From: an uncultured Tissierella sp.
Lineage (GTDB): Bacteria; Bacillota; Clostridia; Tissierellales; Tissierellaceae
Length of the DNA stretch: 37,359 nt
Direction of reading: 5' to 3'
NCBI GenBank assembly: GCA_964644495.1
Contig: CAZXWU010000001.1
Span: 1 to 37,359 of the forward strand
Position numbers and translations under genes: made by a program. Below the pieces are notes generated by a model. The model made no database searches, was not told the DNA's origin, and saw nothing but the letters and a program-made list of their open reading frames with translations. Of the stretch, positions 1 to 7,773 are shown piece by piece; position 1 is the first letter of the stretch, and the number at the start of each line of letters is the position of its first letter.

Positions 1-33
1 CCTACCCTCTGCCAATTATATTCTTAAAAAATT

Positions 34-375
34 CTAATCATCTTCTTCAGGGCATTCGCATGGTTCTAATTCTCCTGCACAATTAGAACAAGTTGCCATA
101 ATGGTAACTGTATCTCCTTCAAACTCTGCTGGTACTCTTAACATATAGAATCCATCACAACCTGAGAAGGTGTGACATATATCGTCTAAGCCCCCAGGTA
201 TTGGAACAAACAACTTAACTATTGCACCAACAATTGGCTCATTTGTTTCACAGTCTGTAATTCTACCTACTATAACAACATCTTCTACTGATCTTACCCC
301 TAAATCTAGACGCACTTGTTGTTGAGCAAATACATCTGGAAGTGTAACATTACCTGCACTTAATATACATGACAT
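34..375 (-). CDS. hypothetical Cys-rich small protein (8 Cys in 113 aa). Its central segment resembles a carboxypeptidase-regulatory-like beta-sandwich, and it has an acidic CxC tail.
   Basis: ORF with GGAGG (384-388, minus strand) 8 nt upstream of the ATG. Contains 'VVIVGRITDCETNEPIVGAIVKLF...DGFYML' and the C-terminus 'CSNCAGELEPCECPEEDD'. No family recognised with certainty. Confidence 0.5.
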   Translation of the reverse strand: MSCILSAGNVTLPDVFAQQQVRLDLGVRSVEDVVIVGRITDCETNEPIVGAIVKLFVPIPGGLDDICHTFSGCDGFYMLRVPAEFEGDTVTIMATCSNCAGELEPCECPEEDD

Positions 376-452
376 TATTTTGACCTCCTTTCTTAGTGGC
401 CTTACATTATAATATTAATGATTAGTACAAACTGTTACACAAAAGAAAATTA

Positions 453-827
453 TTAATTTTTATTATTTACCTGCACATCCATATCTATTACTTGTGATCC
501 TCTATTTAATTTAATTTGTTTCATAAAAATCACATCTTCTTCAAGATTGTCTTTGACTAGGTCTTGTAAATTGTCTTTGGCTGGGACCTGGGCATCAGTA
601 GCTAATGCTGTTTTCCCTGCAGCTTGGATTAGATTTTTTGAATCTGAGGTACTATTTAGTATTAATATCTCAGAAAGCCTATGGGCTATTTCTTCTCTTA
701 ATACTATCTTTGTTTTGTTATTTAACTCCTCTATGGATTTTAATCTGTTTGATACTAGTAATAGTGTTACTATTTGAAGTATAATTGAAATAGAAAATAA
801 GACGTATATTAACAAACTTGTTGGCAT
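453..827 (-). CDS. hypothetical small membrane-anchored protein (one N-terminal TM helix, then a charged coiled region)
   Basis: Start moved from the ORF-track position to the ATG at 825-827, which follows AGGAGG ('aggaggtaaatccATG'). The N-terminus 'MPTSLLIYVLFSISIILQIVTLLLV' is hydrophobic. Confidence 0.45.
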   Translation of the reverse strand: MPTSLLIYVLFSISIILQIVTLLLVSNRLKSIEELNNKTKIVLREEIAHRLSEILILNSTSDSKNLIQAAGKTALATDAQVPAKDNLQDLVKDNLEEDVIFMKQIKLNRGSQVIDMDVQVNNKN

Positions 828-893
828 GGATTTACCTCCTAACAATCAATATAATATTTATTACTACAATCTATTCCACAATGTAATATTGGT

Positions 894-929
894 TAAAAAA
901 AGATGAGATAGCTTTTGCTATCTCATCTT
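894..929 (-). terminator. rho-independent terminator downstream of the 939-1466 gene
   Basis: Perfect 13-bp stem aagatgagatagc (900-912) / gctatctcatctt (917-929) with a tttt loop. On the minus strand it is followed by a T-run (A-run 895-900 on the plus strand). Confidence 0.8.
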
Positions 930-938
930 TAAATACTT

Positions 939-1466
939 CTATAAAATAATACCTCTTGTTGGAGGAATTATACTATCACAGACAGGGCCACAAACTTCAG
1001 TAGCTACTGCTGATATATTTCCTGCCTTAAGTCCTATTGAAACAGGACCTATTGGTAGAGGTCTAGTAAAAATAAAGTTCAAGAATATACTTTGTTGTTC
1101 AGCACCACCTGTCCCAGAAGGAATATTGTCAAATTTTAGACCTTTACAGGCAGCAGGATTTGAGTTAGGATTTGGAATTTGATTATCAATAAAGCAACAA
1201 CCTTCATTTGGTCCAGAACATGATACTCTGGATTCATCATCAAAGAATACTGTATAGGAACATGAAACTAATAAATCTTCCCTATCGTCATCTGAAATTC
1301 CCGGACACAAGCATATTCTTACATTACTCATTTCTCGTGAAGTAACTCCTTCAACTCTAGTTAATTCATATTGAAAGGTAGTAGATGGGGTATTTGTTGC
1401 TGGAGCAACAAGTGTCACCTGCCAACCATTACCTGCATTAACCGTTCTATTACAATCATTTGGCAT
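939..1466 (-). CDS. hypothetical Cys-rich protein (10 Cys in 175 aa)
   Basis: ORF with GGAGG (1474-1478, minus strand) 7 nt upstream of the ATG, and its own terminator. Motifs 'ICLCPG', 'CSGPNEGCCF' and 'VCGPVCDS'. No signal peptide and no recognised family. Confidence 0.55.
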   Translation of the reverse strand: MPNDCNRTVNAGNGWQVTLVAPATNTPSTTFQYELTRVEGVTSREMSNVRICLCPGISDDDREDLLVSCSYTVFFDDESRVSCSGPNEGCCFIDNQIPNPNSNPAACKGLKFDNIPSGTGGAEQQSIFLNFIFTRPLPIGPVSIGLKAGNISAVATEVCGPVCDSIIPPTRGIIL

Positions 1467-1672
1467 AATGTCACCTCCTCTGAATACTTACCTAAAGTAG
1501 TAAGTCATTACATTGTATTCAAAGGAGACAAGTTTGTTTCTATAATTTTTGGACATAGCCTAAAGATAAGGATACTATGCCAAATATAAAACTTTCTCTA
1601 TTGTTACTTTTCTTCCATTCTCCTTTTCTAAAAATAGGATAAGTGTGTACCCCTCACAAATTTAGTCAATAC

Positions 1673-2350
1673 CTAAAATTCATAAGATTCTCCTATCTTT
1701 AATATAAGACTATTGCAGACCTTATTTTTTTCCCTAAATTCATTAGGATCTGCTTTTATAAGTGGGAATGTATCATAATGCATTGGAATTGCCAACTTTG
1801 GTTTAATAAACTCTGTTGCAATTACAGCATCATCTATATCCATTGTAAAGTTACCACCTATTGGAAGTAATGCTACATCGATATTCTCTAATTCTAAAAG
1901 CTTCATATCCATGGTTAGACCCGTATCGCCTGCATGGTATATTTTTTTATTATTTATTTCAATTACAAATCCACAGGGATTTCCTCCATATATCATACCA
2001 TCTTCTGTACTAATCCCTGACCCATGAAGGGCAGGAGTTAGTTTGACTCTACCAAAATCAAATGTATATCTCCCACCTATATGCATAGCATGGGTCTTTA
2101 CACCTTTACTTGATAAATATTCTGATATCTCAGCATTGGTGATAACAAGTGCATCATTTTCCCTAGCCAGCTCTATCCCATCTCCTATATGGTCTCCATG
2201 GCCGTGTGTTATAAATACATGTGTAAGGTCACTTATTTGACCAGGATCTACATTGGATAATGAATTCCCCGAAATAAATGGGTCAATTATGGCTTTAAAA
2301 TTCTCTTCCTCCACAATAAATGCAGAATGTCCAAGATATGTTAATTTCAT
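1673..2350 (-). CDS. MBL-fold metal-dependent hydrolase (UPF0173/YtkL-like)
   Basis: 225 aa with the 'HGHGDH' metallo-beta-lactamase motif and an '[11 protein letters not shown]' N-terminus typical of UPF0173. Confidence 0.85.
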   Translation of the reverse strand: MKLTYLGHSAFIVEEENFKAIIDPFISGNSLSNVDPGQISDLTHVFITHGHGDHIGDGIELARENDALVITNAEISEYLSSKGVKTHAMHIGGRYTFDFGRVKLTPALHGSGISTEDGMIYGGNPCGFVIEINNKKIYHAGDTGLTMDMKLLELENIDVALLPIGGNFTMDIDDAVIATEFIKPKLAIPMHYDTFPLIKADPNEFREKNKVCNSLILKIGESYEF

Positions 2351-2411
2351 ATTGGATCATCACCTCTCCTTTTTCATATTATACCCATCCTATCCAACAA
2401 TGAACATTCCA

Positions 2412-3797
2412 TTATTCCATAAGCTTTAAATCCCCAATCCTTAGTCCCTGGGTTTTTGGATTCTTTTTAAGCAGGGTAAAATACCAGGTTGCCAAAACTA
2501 GTCCTTTAAATATACTAGATATACTTATTGCCCACCACACTCCACTGAGTCCAAGGCTAGTTGATGATAGTATAAGTGCTGCAGGTATTCTAAGTCCATT
2601 AAATAGAATTCCTACTATAGATGGTGGGATAGTATTACCCAATCCATTAAAGGCACCTGCTGTAGTGGACTCTATACACATAAATAACTGTGATAGTCCC
2701 AATATTCTTAAGTATATAACTCCCTGGCTTATGGTTTCCTCTTCTCCAGGTACAAAGATGGAAAACAGAGGTCTAGCTGCAAAAATTAAAAGTAGAGAAG
2801 CTAGTACTCCAATTATAGACATTATAGTAAGGCCAGTAAAGTATCCTTTAAAGACCCTATTCCATTTTTTTGCACCATAATTTTGCCCTACAAAGGCACT
2901 CATAGCTGTCTGAAAACCTCCAGCTGTCATCCAGGATATAGCCTCAATCTGTGACCCAACTTTTTGAACAGCTATTGGTATAGGCCCCCATTGAGCTATT
3001 ACCCTCGCTATAACCATTGCAATTGCAGTAAAAAATCCACTTTGCAAGGCTACGGGCAATCCTAGTTTAACAATCTTTTGGATATGGTCCATATCTGGGG
3101 CACTTAGCAAGTTTAGCCCAGAGAAAAGATCTGATCTTTTCCTGGCTTTTATTAGGAATATAGCTGTTACGCTTGCCTGTGCAATTACTGTAGCTATTGC
3201 AGCACCTGCAACCTCTAATCTAGGAAAAGGCCCTATCCCTAAAATCAATATAGGGTCTAGAATCATATTCACTATAAGTCCTATTGAGTTTATTATAAAA
3301 GGAGTCTTGCTTTCTCCATAACCATTGAATATTGCAGTAAATACTGGATTGATAAAATAAAATATAATCCCAAATGAAATAATAACCAGATAAGTAATTG
3401 CATTGTTTATAATATCTGTCTCCCCAAGGTTAAAAAATCCTATTAGGGATTTTCTGAAGGTTAAAAGTATAAATGCATATATCAATGCAATACCAACTAT
3501 CATCTGAATACTATGTTTTATGTAAACCCTTGCTTCAGTTAAATCATCCTTTCCTACCGACTGTGCCACACCCACCTCTGCACCTATTTTAGGTATTAGA
3601 ATAAAGGCCATTGCCATCCATGTATAAAACCCTGCTGTCCCTACTGCTGCAACAGCCCTAGATCCAATTCTACCTACCCAGATCAAGTCTGTCATGTTGT
3701 AGGCCATCTGAACAAATGAAGTCCCCATAATAGGAATAGCAAGTCTAAATAGGGCCTTAAATATATTTCCTTCTGTTAAGTTATTTATCTTAGTCAT
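2412..3797 (-). CDS. MATE family efflux transporter
   Basis: 461 aa, hydrophobic throughout (about 12 TM helices). The N-terminus 'LAIPIMGTSFVQMAYNMTDLIWVGRIGS' is typical of MatE repeats. Confidence 0.85.
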   Translation of the reverse strand: MTKINNLTEGNIFKALFRLAIPIMGTSFVQMAYNMTDLIWVGRIGSRAVAAVGTAGFYTWMAMAFILIPKIGAEVGVAQSVGKDDLTEARVYIKHSIQMIVGIALIYAFILLTFRKSLIGFFNLGETDIINNAITYLVIISFGIIFYFINPVFTAIFNGYGESKTPFIINSIGLIVNMILDPILILGIGPFPRLEVAGAAIATVIAQASVTAIFLIKARKRSDLFSGLNLLSAPDMDHIQKIVKLGLPVALQSGFFTAIAMVIARVIAQWGPIPIAVQKVGSQIEAISWMTAGGFQTAMSAFVGQNYGAKKWNRVFKGYFTGLTIMSIIGVLASLLLIFAARPLFSIFVPGEEETISQGVIYLRILGLSQLFMCIESTTAGAFNGLGNTIPPSIVGILFNGLRIPAALILSSTSLGLSGVWWAISISSIFKGLVLATWYFTLLKKNPKTQGLRIGDLKLME

Positions 3798-3853
3798 TTT
3801 CTAATTTCCTTTCTGATGAAATGAGACAAAGGGCCAGCCCCCGTGTCCCATTA

Positions 3854-4513
3854 CTAGATACTTATTGGAAGAATTGTAAAACTATCTATCTTGATAATTT
3901 CTCTTTTATTAAATTCCACAGGATTAGTAAAAAGCGGCCCATCAAAGGCAAATGTATGGTATTCACCATTTTCCCCACATATATCTGCACCAGATGCAGC
4001 AATTTCATCAGCTATATCCCTAGTGAGTATCTTACCTGCAAAGTGGTCAGGCATCCTAGAAGTATCAACTATAGTAATTATAGTTTTGAATCCTTCATCT
4101 ATAAATTCATATACTACATCTTTTCTTTCCTTGCCCCATAAAGGGAAATATGCTTCTATACCTGCTTTTTCACAGACTTTAGTACACCAGTCAAAGTGGC
4201 CTTCTATATCTATATCTCCAAATACACAGACTTCTGCACCTTTTTCCTTTGCTTCTTTTAGCTTAGATACGAAATTTTTCTCATAATCATTTCCTGCAGT
4301 CACCATAAGGTTTATTGGAATATCCAACTCTATAGAGATCCTCTTTAAGAGTTCATCAGGTATTCCATGGAACCAGGATCTATTTCTATCTAAATTATAA
4401 GTTGTAATTAACTCTATTGGTAACATTCCCATTTTTATTGCCCTATAAATGGCCAATGTACTATCCTTTCCACCACTATATGATGCTACAAACTTTTTCC
4501 CTTTGTAATCCAT
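3854..4513 (-). CDS. Dph6-related / MJ0570-type PP-loop ATP pyrophosphatase domain protein
   Basis: 219 aa with the PP-loop 'SGGKDS' near the N-terminus and overall resemblance to the diphthine-ammonia-ligase-like ATP-binding domain. Confidence 0.7.
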   Translation of the reverse strand: MDYKGKKFVASYSGGKDSTLAIYRAIKMGMLPIELITTYNLDRNRSWFHGIPDELLKRISIELDIPINLMVTAGNDYEKNFVSKLKEAKEKGAEVCVFGDIDIEGHFDWCTKVCEKAGIEAYFPLWGKERKDVVYEFIDEGFKTIITIVDTSRMPDHFAGKILTRDIADEIAASGADICGENGEYHTFAFDGPLFTNPVEFNKREIIKIDSFTILPISI

Positions 4514-4688
4514 TTAATGTCCTCCTATATTTTCAATCTCTAAATATTCATGAATATATTATACATTATATAAACCCATAGAACAACAATGGGGATTTAA
4601 TTATAAAATAGTAAGGGCTAGGCGGCATAAATCATTATATTCAACTCATAGTCTATATTAAGAATATTTTAATAAGTGAAGGTGGATT

Positions 4689-5618
4689 ATGAAAATAAGA
4701 ATTTTTTTATCTTTATCAGTCTTGGTCCTTATATTATCCTCTCTGCTAATTACATCAACTAGTAGAGATATGGTGGTATATAATTCTGCTAATGATGATT
4801 ACTTTATTACTCTGAAAAAGGACATTGCTTCTCTGATGCTAGCCTATCCAGGATATATCACGAATTTAGAAGTTCTTGATATAAACAATGTATATCTAAT
4901 CCTTAATTCAGGTGAGAAGATATTGTATGATGATGGTAAGCAGAAAAGTTATGAAGAGAAATTAGCTAACCCCGATATACAAGATATGCTGGAACACTTA
5001 TATAAGTTTGGTCCAGTAGAAGGACTTATGCCTGAGGATTATAATCCTGGTAGAGTCCGACTATATCCTTTGTTGAATGAGATCTATGGTTCCAATCAAT
5101 ATGAAATTGAGCAAAATCTTGAAGGGATCAGTATAAATTCTATGAATTATTCATTTAATGGAAATAACTTTGCTAATTACTATCTAAAGTCTGCTATTAA
5201 AGAGTTGAATTCTTTGGCTATGGATAATCCAGAGCTATGGTCATTTCTATATCCTCTTGGTGGGACTTATAATTTTAGGTATATTTCTAGAACCAATAGA
5301 TTGAGTCCCCACGCCTTTGGTATAGCTATTGATTTAGCTAGTCATAAGGATGACTATTGGCAGTGGACAACAAGGGAAGCAGGTGAAAAAAGATTGAAAA
5401 GCTACCCTCAAATAATAGTCGATGTAATGGAGAAAAATTACTTTATATGGGGTGGGAAATGGGGCCAGTTTGATATCCTACATTTTGAATATCGACCTGA
5501 GATAATTATAAAAGCAAAATATTTCTCTAATGAGATAGATGTTTCATGGTATGAGAATCTTCCTTTGGATGATAGATATGTATCAGAAGTCGTAGGCTTA
5601 ATAGAGGATAAACTATAG
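4689..5618 (+). CDS. M15/LAS-family zinc peptidase (D-Ala-D-Ala carboxypeptidase-like), secreted or membrane-anchored
   Basis: N-terminal signal/TM 'MKIRIFLSLSVLVLILSSLLI'. Zinc ligands H-x6-D 'HAFGIAID' and a distal 'HFE'. RBS 'gaaggtgg' before the ATG. Confidence 0.7.
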   Translation: MKIRIFLSLSVLVLILSSLLITSTSRDMVVYNSANDDYFITLKKDIASLMLAYPGYITNLEVLDINNVYLILNSGEKILYDDGKQKSYEEKLANPDIQDMLEHLYKFGPVEGLMPEDYNPGRVRLYPLLNEIYGSNQYEIEQNLEGISINSMNYSFNGNNFANYYLKSAIKELNSLAMDNPELWSFLYPLGGTYNFRYISRTNRLSPHAFGIAIDLASHKDDYWQWTTREAGEKRLKSYPQIIVDVMEKNYFIWGGKWGQFDILHFEYRPEIIIKAKYFSNEIDVSWYENLPLDDRYVSEVVGLIEDKL

Positions 5619-5784
5619 ACTTTGCCTAGCTACAGTTATGATTTCAGGTTTTCCCTTAGGCATATATAAATCCTTTTCATGTTTTCTCCACTCATGTTTC
5701 AATTTATATTCTCCTTTGTATTATTGTCGATTCTAGCATAGATATCTGAATTTTATGGAATCAGTGTTTCTTCATGCTAAAAAA

Positions 5785-6135
5785 TTATTTCCTCAAAATC
5801 TTGTCCATAGACTTGCCCTTTGCTAGCTCATCAATCAATTTATCCATATAGCGAATTTCCTGCATAGTTGGCTCTTCAATATCTTCTACTCGGACACCAC
5901 AGACTACACCCTTTATCAACTTCCTAGAAGGGTTCAGTAATGGGGCTTCTGCAAAAAAGCCTTCAAAATCAGTTTCATTTTCTACTTGTGCTTCAAACTC
6001 TTCTTGACTATATCCGGTTAACCAAAGTATGATTTCATCTACTTCAGCTTTAGTACGTCCTTTCCTCTCAGCCTTGTTAATATAATGGGGATAGACTTTT
6101 GAGAAACTCATTGTGTAAATTTTATGTTTAGACAT
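5785..6135 (-). CDS. DUF2200 domain protein
   Basis: 116 aa. '[41 protein letters not shown]' matches the DUF2200 pattern as I remember it. Lies 18 nt downstream of rlmH. Confidence 0.6.
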   Translation of the reverse strand: MSKHKIYTMSFSKVYPHYINKAERKGRTKAEVDEIILWLTGYSQEEFEAQVENETDFEGFFAEAPLLNPSRKLIKGVVCGVRVEDIEEPTMQEIRYMDKLIDELAKGKSMDKILRK

Positions 6136-6153
6136 GGATTTTCTAATCCTCCT

Positions 6154-6633
6154 TTATTTATGATAGGGTTCATTTTTCATAATTTTCCAAGCCCTATAGA
6201 CTTGCTCTAACAGTATAAGTCTCATCAACTGATGGGGAAATGTCATCTTGGAAAAGGATAGTTTAAAATCACTTCTACTTCTTACTTGATCAGAAAGGCC
6301 TAGGGACCCTCCTATTATAAAAGTAATATCATTAATACCACTAACCATTATATCTTCCATCTTTTTCGACAAATCTTCTGAGGAAATTTCCCTTCCTTGT
6401 ATTTCCAGGGAAATAATAAAGGAATTTTGGGGAATTTTAGATAATATTTTCAAGCCTTCTTTATCCTTTATTGCTTCCATCTCTTTATCTGATAGATTTT
6501 CTGGAGCTTTTTCATCCATAATCTCAATGATTTTTAGATTACAAAATCTAGATAATCTTTTGGAGAACTCTTTTATTCCTTCTTGTATGTACTTTTCTTT
6601 GATTTTTCCTGCTGCAATTATATTTATATTCAT
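6154..6633 (-). CDS. rlmH: 23S rRNA (pseudouridine1915-N3)-methyltransferase RlmH
   Basis: 159 aa SPOUT protein: 'MNINIIAAGKIKEKY...', 'IIGGSLGLS', and the C-terminus 'EQVYRAWKIMKNEPYHK' typical of RlmH. Confidence 0.9.
   Translation of the reverse strand: MNINIIAAGKIKEKYIQEGIKEFSKRLSRFCNLKIIEIMDEKAPENLSDKEMEAIKDKEGLKILSKIPQNSFIISLEIQGREISSEDLSKKMEDIMVSGINDITFIIGGSLGLSDQVRSRSDFKLSFSKMTFPHQLMRLILLEQVYRAWKIMKNEPYHK
6400..6415. promoter_or_regulatory. candidate Noc-binding site (NBS-like 16-mer) inside the rlmH CDS
   Basis: TATTTCCAGGGAAATA matches the B. subtilis NBS palindrome TATTTCCCGGGAAATA at 15 of 16 positions. Confidence 0.5.
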
Positions 6634-6733
6634 CTGTCACCTATCTTTAAATTTATTTATTTTTAGTATAACATAATTTCCTATATTTAATATATAAAAC
6701 ATCTCCAAAGTTGGACAGTATCCTCTAAGACAA

Positions 6734-6817
6734 AATAGACAACCACTTGAGAGACTACTGAAAAAGTACCATTCTATCCGACTTTTTTTCAGTAGTCTCG
6801 TCACTTGATCGTCTATT
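6734..6817. repeat. palindromic REPIN/MITE-like intergenic element (short family member)
   Basis: Arms gagactactgaaaaagt (6751-6767) and actttttttcagtagtctc (6781-6799), with flanking partial complementarity. 'actgaaaaagtaccattctatc' (6757-6778) recurs as 'actgaaaaataccattttatc' on the minus strand at 7632-7652. Confidence 0.6.
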
Positions 6818-6852
6818 ATAAATTATTTGCGACAATTTATTTACTTAATTTG

Positions 6853-6868
6853 TATTTCCTGGGAAATA
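6853..6868. promoter_or_regulatory. candidate Noc-binding site (NBS-like 16-mer), intergenic downstream of tpx
   Basis: TATTTCCTGGGAAATA matches the B. subtilis NBS palindrome at 15 of 16 positions. It deviates at the same central position as the 6400 site. Confidence 0.5.
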
Positions 6869-6889
6869 ATTGGGGAATTATGGAGTATT

Positions 6890-7405
6890 TTATATTAATT
6901 TTTTTACTTCCTCTAATACCTTATCATAGTCTGGATGACTGCCTACTTCTTTGACATACTCCACATGTTTCACTGTGTTGTCCTTATCTAGGACTACTAT
7001 ACCTCTGCTTAATAATCTTAGCTCTTCTATTACAAAACCATAGTTCATACCAAAAGATAGGTCCTTATGGTCTGAAAGAGTGATTACCTTGTCTATACCA
7101 TGGGCTCCGCAAAATCTTTTCTGAGCAAATGGTAAATCAACTGATAGTGTCAATATGACTACATCTCCCAATTCACTTGCCATCTCATTAAAATTGATTG
7201 TTTGTAATTCACAAACCCCTGTATCTACAGAAGGTAATACTGAAAGAACCTTTATATTGTCTCCCGCATCCTTTAATGTATATGGTGTTAGGTCATTTTT
7301 TTGTACTGTAAAATCTGGTGCCTTGTCGCCAACCCTTATTTCTTTACCAATTAGGGTAATTGGGTTGCCTTGCATTGTAAATATATTTTCTCTTCTATTA
7401 GTCAT
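6890..7405 (-). CDS. tpx: thiol peroxidase Tpx
   Basis: Peroxidatic Cys 'SVDTGVCELQ' and resolving Cys 'DLPFAQKRFCG'. Start moved to the ATG at 7403-7405, 8 nt after GGAGGAG. Confidence 0.9.
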   Translation of the reverse strand: MTNRRENIFTMQGNPITLIGKEIRVGDKAPDFTVQKNDLTPYTLKDAGDNIKVLSVLPSVDTGVCELQTINFNEMASELGDVVILTLSVDLPFAQKRFCGAHGIDKVITLSDHKDLSFGMNYGFVIEELRLLSRGIVVLDKDNTVKHVEYVKEVGSHPDYDKVLEEVKKLI

Positions 7406-7516
7406 GAAGAAATCTCCTCCTATCATACTTATTACTTACCCAATATGATTAAACTTATTACTAATTTATTTGGAATAAGTTATAGAATACAAAAGGGGAC
7501 ACGAGGTTGTTGGTTG

Positions 7517-7660
7517 TTCAGGACCACTGAAAAAATCACTTGTTTGTCATCCTATGTTATCTGAGTGAAACGCAGGATCTTGAATGTATTGTAAACACAA
7601 GATTCTTCACTTTGTTCAGAATGACAAAACAGATAAAATGGTATTTTTCAGTGGTCCCGA
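7517..7660. repeat. long imperfect palindrome (about 60-nt arms), a REPIN/MITE-like element
   Basis: Perfect core ggaccactgaaaaa (7521-7534) / tttttcagtggtcc (7644-7657). Further arm matches: tgtttgtcat/atgacaaaaca, ctgagtgaa/ttcac..tcag and gatcttg/caagat. The core is related to the 6751-6799 element. Confidence 0.65.
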
Positions 7661-7670
7661 TTGTTCCCAT

Positions 7671-7771
7671 ATCCCAGGAAAATGAACAAGGTTTCACGTC
7701 CCTTTTGTTTATCCCAGGAAAATGAACAAAGTTTCACGTCCCTTTTGTTCATCTACACGTCCCCTCTGTTC
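7671..7771. repeat. tandem 40-bp direct repeats (two full units plus one partial) abutting the htrA-like stop codon
   Basis: Units 7671-7710 and 7711-7750 differ at 2 of 40 positions (atcccaggaaaatgaacaa[g/a]gtttcacgtcccttttgtt[t/c]). A partial third copy, 'cacgtcccctctgttc', lies at 7756-7771. Confidence 0.85.
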
Positions 7772-7773
7772 AT

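Noticed and set aside
1467-1672. Possible sporulation-sigma (sigmaE/sigmaK) promoters upstream of the Cys-rich gene, such as the CATAgtaT and AATACAAT elements
   Set aside because: I could not find -35 partners at acceptable spacing. The matches are no better than expected in AT-rich DNA.
6154-6171. The rlmH 3' end (GAACCCTATCATAAATAA on the minus strand) matches the staphylococcal SCC attB/ISS core (GAAGCATATCATAAATGA) at 15 of 18 positions. This raised the idea that the genes downstream of rlmH form an SCC-like island.
   Set aside because: The match is explained by conservation of the encoded E-x-Y-H-K-stop. I found no second copy of the core as a direct repeat, and no ccr or other serine/tyrosine recombinase downstream in the window. 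The island idea could only be tested with the sequence beyond position 1.
7370-7725. ORFs 7370-7564 and 7540-7725 inside the tpx upstream repeat region
   Set aside because: They run through the palindromic and tandem-repeat DNA, have no RBS, and their sequences are dictated by the repeats. They are most likely non-coding.
7671-7771. Possible CRISPR array (repeated units of about 40 bp)
   Set aside because: The units are directly contiguous with no spacers. There are only two and a half copies, and the window has no cas genes or leader. This is a tandem repeat, not a CRISPR array.
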